Shown: one piece after another, positions 54,901 through 64,000 of the stretch
How the letters are laid out: each line of letters starts with the position of its first letter
Position numbering within the stretch: position 1 is the first letter of the stretch
From: Auanema rhodensis
Lineage: Eukaryota; Animalia; Nematoda
Reading direction: 5' to 3'
DNA: 64,000 nt
Assembly (NCBI GenBank): GCA_964057225.1
Contig: OZ059900.1
Location: forward strand, 19,282,001 to 19,346,000
The notes under the pieces: generated by a model
The model's input: the letters and a program-made list of their open reading frames with translations, nothing else
Told to the model about the DNA's origin: nothing
Database searches by the model: none
Program-made: the position numbers and the translations under genes

Positions 54901-57900
54901 AACCCCTGTTTTTTTGTCGTGAAAGTGGAACTAGACGTTGTAGGAACAATTTCGAGCTAGATTTCATTGACATTGCATGAGTTTGAACACATGAAATCGT
55001 AAGTCAAAACCTTGTTTACAGCGAAATTTCCAAAAACTGGTTTTCCAGCATAATAAAATATTTCTCATGGGAAATACTGTGTTTTTGTATTTTTATAGTG
55101 TTCAGCATGTAAAATGTTTCATTTTAGTATGTAACACGCTGAAATTCGTTGCATTTGACGACTCATATGAACAAAAATCGATTTAATCAATATTAGCCAT
55201 AAAGGGCGTGCCCTCAGATTATGCTAATTTCCTTAATTTTCTAACCCCTGTTTTGTTGTCGTGAAAGTGGAACTAGACGTTGTAGGAACAATTTTGAGCT
55301 AGGTTTCATTGACATTGCATGAGTTTGAACACATGAAATCGTAAGTCAAAACCTTGTTTACAGCGAAATTTCCAAAAACTGGTTTTCCAGCATAATAAAA
55401 TATTTCTCATGGGAAATACTGTGTTTTTGTATTTTTATAGTGTTCAGCATGTAAAATGTTTCATTTTAGTATGTAACACGCTGAAATTCGTTGCATTTGA
55501 CGACTCATATGAACAAAAATCGATTTAATCAATATAAGCCATAAAGGGCGTGCCCTCAGAATCTGCTAATTTCCTTAATTTTCTAACCCCTGTTTTTTTG
55601 TCGTGAAAGTGGAACTAGACGTTGTAGGAACAATTTTGAGCTAGATTTCATTGACATTGCATGAGTTTGAACACATGAAATCGTAAGTCAAAACCTTGTT
55701 TACAGCGAAATTTCCAAAAACTCGTTTTCCAGCATAATAAAATATTTCTCATGGGAAATACTGTGTTTTTGTATTTTTTTAGTGTTCAGCATGTAAAATG
55801 CTTCATTTTAGTATGTGACACGCTGAAATTAATTGCATTTGACGACTCATATGAACAAAAATCGATTTAATCAATATTAGCCATAAGGGGCGTGCCCTCA
55901 GAATATGCTAATTTCCTCAATTTTCTAACCCCTGTTTTTTTGTCGTGAAAGTGGAACTAGACGTTGTACGAACAATTTTGAGCTAGGTTTCATTGACATT
56001 GCATGAGTTTGAACACATGAAATCGTAAGTCAAAACCTTGTTTACAGCGAAATTTCCAAAAACTGGTTTTCCAGCATAATAAAATATTTCTCATGGGAAA
56101 TACTGTGTTTTTGTATTTTTCTAGTGTTCAGCATGTGAAATGCTTCATTTTAGTATGTAACACGCTGAAATTCGTTGCATTTGACGACTCATATGAACAA
56201 AAATCGATTTAATCAATATTAGCCATAAGGGGCGTGCCCTCAGAATATGCTAATTTCCTTAATTTTCTAACCCCTGTTTTGTTGTCGTGAAAGTGGAACT
56301 AGACGTTGTAGGAACAATTTTGAGCTAGGTTTCATTGACATTGCATGAGTTTGAACACATGAAATCGTAAGTCAAAACCTTGTTTACAGCGAAATTTCCA
56401 AAAACTGGTTTTCCAGCATAATAAAATATTTCTCATGGGAAATACTGTGTTTTTGTATTTTTATAGTGTTCAGCATGTAAAATGCTTCATTTTAGTATGT
56501 AACACGCTGAAATTCGTTGCATTTGACGACTCATATGAACAAAAATCGATTTAATCAATATTAGCCATAAGAGGCGTGCCCTCAGAATATGCTAATTTCC
56601 TTAAATTTCTAACCCCTGTTTTTTTGTCGTGAAAGTGGAACTAGACGTTGTAGGAACAATTTTGAGCTAGGTTTCATTGACATTGCATGAGTTTGAACAC
56701 ATGAAATCGTAAGTCAAAACCTTGTTTACAGCGAAATTTCCAAAAACTGGTTTTCCAGCATAATAAAATATTTCTCATAGGAAATACTGTGTTTTTGTAT
56801 TTTTCTAGTGTTCAGCATGTGAAATGCTTCATTTTAGTATGTAACACGCTGAAATTCGTTGCATTTGACGACTCATATGAACAAAAATCGATTTAATCAA
56901 TATTAGCCATAAGGGGCGTGCCCTCAGAATATGCTAATTTCCTTAATTTTCTAACCCCTGTTTTGTTGTCGTGAAAGTGGAACTAGACGTTGTAGGAACA
57001 ATTTTGAGCTAGGTTTCATTGACATTGCATGAGTTTGAACACATGAAATCGTAAGTCAAAACCTTGTTTACAGCGAAATTTCCAAAAACTGGTTTTCCAG
57101 CATAATAAAATATTTCTCATGGGAAATACTGTGTTTTTGTATTTTTCTAGTGTTCAGCATGTAAAATGCTTCATTTTAGTATGTAACACGCTGAAATTCG
57201 TTTCATTTGACGACTCATATGAACAAAAATCGATTTAATCAATATTAGCCATAAGGGGCGTGCCCTCAGAATATGCTAATTTCCTTAATTTTCTAACCCC
57301 TGTTTTTTTGTCGTGAAAGTGGAACTAGACGTTGTAGGAACAATTTTGAGCTAGGTTTCATTGACATTGCATGAGTTTGAACACATGAAATCGTAAGTCA
57401 AAACCTTGTTTACAGCGAAATTTCCAAAAACTGGTTTTCCAGCATAATAAAATATTTCTCATGGGAAATACTGTGTTTTTGTATTTTTATAGTGTTCAGC
57501 ATGTAAAATGTTTCATTTTAGTATGTAACACGCTGAAATTCGTTGCATTTGACGACTCATATGAACAAAAATCGATTTAATCAATATTAGCCATAAAGGG
57601 CGTGCCCTCAGAATATGCTAATTTCCTTAATTTTCTAACCCCTGTTTTTTTGTCGTGAAAGTGGAACTAGACGTTGTAGGAACAATTTTGAGCTAGGTTT
57701 CATTGACATTGCATGAGTTTGAACACATGAAATCGTAAGTCAAAACCTTGTTTACAGCGAAATTTCCAAAAACTCGTTTTCCAGCATAATAAAATATTTC
57801 TCATGGGAAATACTGTGTTTTTGTATTTTTTTAGTGTTCAGCATGTAAAATGCTTCATTTTAGTATGTAACACGCTGAAATTAATTGCATTTGACGACTC

Positions 57901-58512
57901 ATATGAACAAAAATCGATTTAATCAATATTAGCCATAAGGGGCGTGCCCTCAGAATATGCTAATTTCCTTAATTTTCTAACCCCTGTTTTTTTGTCGTGA
58001 AAGTGGAACTAGACGTTGTACGAACAATTTTGAGCTAGGTCTCATTGACATTGCATGAGTTTGAACACATGAAATCGTAAGTCAAAACCTTGTTTACAGC
58101 GAAATTTCCAAAAACTGGTTTTCCAGCATAATAAAATATTTCTCATGGGAAATACTGTGTTTTTGTATTTTTCTAGTGTTCAGCATGTAAAATGGTTCAT
58201 TTTAGTATGTAACACGCTGAAATTCGTTGCATTTGACGACTCATATGAACAAAAATCGATTAAATCAATATTAGCCATAAGGGGCGTGCCCTCAGAATAT
58301 GCTAATTTCCTTAATTTTCTAACCCCTGTTTTTTTGTCGTGAAAGTGGAACTAGACGTTGTACGAACAATTTTGAGCTAGGTTTCATTGACATTGCATGA
58401 GTTTGAACACATGAAATCGTAAGTCAAAACCTTGTTTACAGCGAAATTTCCAAAAACTGGTTTTCCAGCATAATAAAATCTTTCTCATGGGAAATACTGT
58501 GTTTTTGTATTT
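33914..58512 (-). repeat. Satellite block C, reverse orientation, about 72 monomers
   Basis: Continuous reverse-complement monomers. Anchor distance 34104 to 58385 is 24,281 = 71x342 - 1, with the one deletion in the T-run near 34,390. Confidence 0.98.
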
Positions 58513-58630
58513 CAGCGTGTTACATACTAAAATGAAGCATTTTACATGCTGAACACTAGAAAAATACAAAAACACAGTATTTCCCATGAGAAATATTTTA
58601 TTATGCTGGAAAACCAGTTTTTGGAAATTT
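58444..58630. other. Orientation switch J3 (reverse to forward): second copy of the J1 junction, with the same 49-bp spacer and 58-bp deletion
   Basis: GTTTTTGT-ATTT-CAGCGTG with ATTT at 58509-58512 and GGAAATTT|GAAACCTAG at 58630/58631, both exactly 58,142 bp from their J1 counterparts. One arm mismatch at 58480. Confidence 0.96.
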
Positions 58631-61600
58631 GAAACCTAGCTCAAAATTGTTCCTACAACGTCTAGTTCCACTTTCACGACAACAAAACAGGGGTTAGAAA
58701 ATTAAGGAAATTAGCATATTCTGAGGGCACGCCCCTTATGGCTAATATTGATTAAATCGATTTTTGTTCATATGAGTCGTCAAATGCAACGAATTTCAGC
58801 GTGTTACATACTAAAATGAAGCATTTCACATGCTGAACACTAGAAAAATACAAAAACACAGTATTTCCCATGAGAAATATTTTATTATGCTGGAAAACCA
58901 GTTTTTGGAAAGTTCGCTGTAAACAAGGTTTTGACTTACGATTTCATGTGTTCAAACTCATGCAATGTCAATGAAACCTAGCTCAAAATTGTTCGTACAA
59001 CGTCTAGTTCCACTTTCACGACAAAAAAACAGGGGTTAGAAAATTAAGGAAATTAGCATATTCTGAGGGCACGCCCCTTATGGCTAATATTGATTAAATC
59101 GATTTTTGTTCATATGAGTCGTCAAATGCAATTAATTTCAGCGTGTTACATACTAAAATGAAGCATTTTACATGCTGAACACTAAAAAAATACAAAAACA
59201 CAGTATTTCCCATGAGAAATATTTTATTATGCTGGAAAACGAGTTTTTGGAAATTTCGCTGTAAACAAGGTTTTGACTTACGATTTCATGTGTTCAAACT
59301 CATGCAATGTCAATGAAACCTAGCTCAAAATTGTTCCTACAACGTCTAGTTCCACTTTCACGACAAAAAACAGGGGTTAGAAAATTAAGGAAATTAGCAT
59401 ATTCTGAGGGCACGCCCCTTATGGCTAATATTGATTAAATCGATTTTTGTTCATATGAGTCGTCAAATGCAATTAATTTCAGCGTGTTACATACTAAAAT
59501 GAAGCATTTTACATGCTGAACACTAGAAAAATACAAAAACACAGTATTTCCCATGAGAAATATTTTATTATGCTGGAAAACCAGTTTTTGGAAATTTCGC
59601 TGTAAACAAGGTTTTGACTTACGATTTCATGTGTTCAAACTCATGCAATGTCAATGAAACCTAGCTCAAAATTGTTCCTACAACGTCTAGTTCCACTTTC
59701 ACGACAACAAAACAGGGGTTAGAAAATTAAGGAAATTAGCATATTCTGAGGGCACGCCCCTTATGTCTAATATTGATTAAATCGATTTTTGTTCATATGA
59801 GTCGTCAAATGCAACGAATTTCAGCGTGTTACATACTAAAATGAAGCATTTCACATGCTGAACACTAGAAAAATACAAAAACACAGTATTTCCCATGAGA
59901 AATATTTTATTATGCTGGAAAACCAGTTTTTGGAAATTTCGCTGTAAACAAGGTTTTGACTTACGATTTCATGTGTTCAAACTCATGCAATGTCAATGAA
60001 ACCTAGCTCAAAATTGTTCCTACAACGTCTAGTTCCACTTTCACGACAACAAAACAGGGGTTAGAAAATTAAGGAAATTAGCATATTCTGAGGGCACGCC
60101 CCTTATGGCTAATATTGATTAAATCGATTTTTGTTCATATGAGTCGTCAAATGCAATTAATTTCAGCGTGTTACATACTAAAATGAAGCATTTTACATGC
60201 TGAACACTAAAAAAATACAAAAACACAGTATTTCCCATGAGAAATATTTTATTATGCTGGAAAACCAGTTTTTGGAAATTTCGCTGTAAACAAGGTTTTG
60301 ACTTACGATTTCATGTGTTCAAACTCATGCAATGTCAATGAAACCTAGCTCAAAATTGTTCCTACAACGTCTAGTTCCACTTTCACGACAAAAAAACAGG
60401 GGTTAGAAAATTAAGGAAATTAGCATATTCTGAGGGCACGCCTCTTATGGCTAATATTGATTAAATCGATTTTTGTTCATATGAGTCGTCAAATGCAACG
60501 AATTTCAGCGTGTTACATACTAAAATGAAGCATTTTACATGCTGAACACTATAAAAATACAAAAACACAGTATTTCCCATGAGAAATATTTTATTATGCT
60601 GGAAAACCAGTTTTTGGAAATTTCGCTGTAAACAAGGTTTTGACTTACGATTTCATGTGTTCAAACTCATGCAATGTCAATGAAACCTAGCTCAAAATTG
60701 TTCCTACAACGTCTAGTTCCACTTTCACGACAACAAAACAGGGGTTAGAAAATTAAGGAAATTAGCATATTCTGAGGGCACGCCTCTTATGGCTAATATT
60801 GATTAAATCGATTTTTGTTCATATGAGTCGTCAAATGCAACGAATTTCAGCGTGTTACATACTAAAATGAAGCATTTTACATGCTGAACACTATAAAAAT
60901 ACAAAAACACAGTATTTCCCATGAGAAATATTTTATTATGCTGGAAAACCAGTTTTTGGAAATTTCGCTGTAAACAAGGTTTTGACTTACGATTTCATGT
61001 GTTCAAACTCATGCAATGTCAATGAAACCTAGCTAAAAATTGTTCCTACAACGTCTAGTTCCACTTTCACGACAACAAAACAGGGGTTAGAAAATTAAGG
61101 AAATTAGCATATTCTGAGGGCACGCCCCTTATGGCTAATATTGATTAAATCGATTTTTGTTCATATGAGTCGTCAAATGCAACGAATTTCAGCGTGTTAC
61201 ATACTAAAATGAAGCATTTCACATGCTGAACACTAGAAAAATACAAAAACACAGTATTTCCCATGAGAAATATTTTATTATGCTGGAAAACCAGTTTTTG
61301 GAAAGTTCGCTGTAAACAAGGTTTTGACTTACGATTTCATGTGTTCAAACTCATGCAATGTCAATGAAACCTAGCTCAAAATTGTTCGTACAACGTCTAG
61401 TTCCACTTTCACGACAAAAAAACAGGGGTTAGAAAATTAAGGAAATTAGCATATTCTGAGGGCACGCCCCTTATGGCTAATATTGATTAAATCGATTTTT
61501 GTTCATATGAGTCGTCAAATGCAATTAATTTCAGCGTGTTACATACTAAAATGAAGCATTTTACATGCTGAACACTAAAAAAATACAAAAACACAGTATT

Positions 61601-64000
61601 TCCCTTGAGAAATATTTTATTATGCTGGAAAACGAGTTTTTGGAAATTTCGCTGTAAACAAGGTTTTGACTTACGATTTCATGTGTTCAAACTCATGCAA
61701 TGTCAATGAAACCTAGCTCAAAATTGTTCCTACAACGTCTAGTTCCACTTTCACGACAAAAAACAGGGGTTAGAAAATTAAGGAAATTAGCATATTCTGA
61801 GGGCACGCCCCTTATGGCTAATATTGATTAAATCGATTTTTGTTCATATGAGTCGTCAAATGCAACGAATTTCAACGTGTTACATACTAAAATGAAGCAT
61901 TTTACATGCTGAACACTAGAAAAATACAAAAACACAGTATTTCCCATGAGAAATATTTTATTATGCTGGAAAACCAGTTTTTGGAAATTTCGCTGTAAAC
62001 AAGGTTTTGACTTACGATTTCATGTGTTCAAACTCATGCAATGTCAATGAAACCTAGCTCAAAATTGTTCCTACAACGTCTAGTTCCACTTTCACGACAA
62101 CAAAACAGGGGTTAGAAAATTAAGGAAATTAGCATATTCTGAGGGCACGCCCCTTATGGCTAATATTGATTAAATCGATTTTTGTTCATATGAGTCGTCA
62201 AATGCAACGAATTTCAGCGTGTTACATACTAAAATGAAGCATTTCACATGCTGAACACTAGAAAAATACAAAAACACAGTATTTCCCATGAGAAATATTT
62301 TATTATGCTGGAAAACCAGTTTTTGGAAATTTCGCTGTAAACAAGGTTTTGACTTACGATTTCATGTGTTCAAACTCATGCAATGTCAATGAAACCTAGC
62401 TCAAAATTGTTCCTACAACGTCTAGTTCCACTTTCACGACAAAAAAACAGGGGTTAGAAAATTAAGGAAATTAGCATATTCTGAGGGCACACCCCTTATG
62501 GCTAATATTGATTAAATCGATTTTTGTTCATATGAGTCGTCAAATGCAACGAATTTCAGCGTGTTACATACTAAAATGAAACATTTTACATGCTGAACAC
62601 TAGAAAAAAACAAAAACACAGTATTTCCCATGAGAAATATTTTATTATGCTGGAAAACCAGTTTTTGGAAATTTCGCTGTAAACAAGGTTTTGACTTACG
62701 ATTTCATGTGTTCAAACTCATGCAATGTCAATGAAACCTAGCTCAAAATTGTTCCTACAACGTCTAGTTCCACTTTCACGACAACAAAACAGGGGTTAGA
62801 AAATTAAGGAAATTAGCATATTCTGAGGGCACGCCTCTTATGGCTAATATTGATTAAATCGATTTTTGTTCATATGAGTCGTCAAATGCAACGAATTTCA
62901 GCGTGTTACATACTAAAATGAAGCATTTCACATGCTGAACACTAGAAAAATACAAAAACACAGTATTTCCCATGAGAAATATTTTATTATGCTGGAAAAC
63001 CAGTTTTTGGAAAGTTCGCTGTAAACAAGGTTTTGACTTACGATTTCATGTGTTCAAACTCATGCAATGTCAATGAAACCTAGCTCAAAATTGTTCGTAC
63101 AACGTCTAGTTCCACTTTCACGACAAAAAAACAGGGGTTAGAAAATTAAGGAAATTAGCATATTCTGAGGGCACGCCCCTTATGGCTAATATTGATTAAA
63201 TCGATTTTTGTTCATATGAGTCGTCAAATGCAATTAATTTCAGCGTGTTACATACTAAAATGAAGCATTTTACATGCTGAACACTAAAAAAATACAAAAA
63301 CACAGTATTTCCCATGAGAAATATTTTATTATGCTGGAAAACGAGTTTTTGGAAATTTCGCTGTAAACAAGGTTTTGACTTACGATTTCATGTGTTCAAA
63401 CTCATGCAATGTCAATGAAACCTAGCTCAAAATTGTTCCTACAACGTCTAGTTCCACTTTCACGACAAAAAACAGGGGTTAGAAAATTAAGGAAATTAGC
63501 ATATTCTGAGGGCACGCCCCTTATGGCTAATATTGATTAAATCGATTTTTGTTCATATGAGTCGTCAAATGCAACGAATTTCAGCGTGTTACATACTAAA
63601 ATGAAGCATTTTACATGCTGAACACTAGAAAAATACAAAAACACAGTATTTCCCATGAGAAATATTTTATTATGCTGGAAAACCAGTTTTTGGAAATTTC
63701 GCTGTAAACAAGGTTTTGACTTACGATTTCATGTGTTCAAACTCATGCAATGTCAATGAAACCTAGCTCAAAATTGTTCCTACAACGTCTAGTTCCACTT
63801 TCACGACAACAAAACAGGGGTTAGAAAATTAAGGAAATTAGCATATTCTGAGGGCACGCCCCTTATGGCTAATATTGATTAAATCGATTTTTGTTCATAT
63901 GAGTCGTCAAATGCAACGAATTTCAGCGTGTTACATACTAAAATGAAGCATTTCACATGCTGAACACTAGAAAAATACAAAAACACAGTATTTCCCATGA
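58509..64000 (+). repeat. Satellite block D, forward orientation, about 16 monomers, truncated by window end
   Basis: Forward monomers resume at ATTTCAGCGTGTTAC (58509). 341-bp variants near 59,365, 61,760 and 63,470. Confidence 0.98.

Larger units (their letters stand above)
1..64000. repeat. Tandem satellite DNA array, 342-bp monomer, about 187 copies, family not identified
   Basis: The anchor GAAACCTAGC recurs at 489, 831, 1173, 1515 etc. (period 342). Copies differ at only a handful of recurrent SNP sites and occasional 1-bp deletions. No unique sequence anywhere in the window. Monomer 831-1172 has 113/342 G+C by hand count. Confidence 0.99.

Noticed and set aside
58145-58342. 65-aa ORF on the plus strand
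   Set aside because: A singleton substitution at 58262 removes a stop present in the other monomers.
58384-58587. Second copy of the 67-aa ORF
   Set aside because: Present only because the junction is duplicated. Its single change is non-synonymous (N to K), so there is no sign of coding constraint.
1-64000. CRISPR array or repeat-spacer system
   Set aside because: No variable spacers: the full 342 bp is repeated, and there are no cas or other genes.
1-64000. The window's first bases are the exact reverse complement of its last bases (TCATGGGAAA...TTTCCCATGA), resembling terminal inverted repeats
   Set aside because: Both ends lie inside oppositely oriented satellite monomers. The matching phase is explained by where the window was cut, and there is no flank or target-site duplication to support an element.

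Overview
The whole 64 kb window is one AT-rich (about 33% GC in the monomer I counted) tandem satellite array with a 342-bp monomer and about 187 near-identical copies. It is most consistent with eukaryotic (peri)centromeric or heterochromatic satellite DNA; I cannot name the family or host from sequence alone. There is no supportable gene, RNA gene, CRISPR array or mobile element, and all four ORF-track entries are accidents of the repeat. The interest is architectural. The array switches orientation three times (about 370, 33,914 and 58,512), giving head-to-head and tail-to-tail macro-palindromes with arms up to about 24.6 kb and spacers of only 49-77 bp. The first and third switch points are the same junction to the base, including a linked 58-bp deletion and a rare SNP, and lie 58,142 bp apart. 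The inversion junction itself has therefore been amplified as part of a very large forward+reverse super-unit. Within each block, SNP haplotypes reveal local duplications of 3 to 18 monomers rather than one fixed higher-order repeat. The monomer also shows faint traces of a ~171-bp dimeric origin and many small dyads. Strand convention: '+' is the orientation reading GAAACCTAGCTCAAAATTG.
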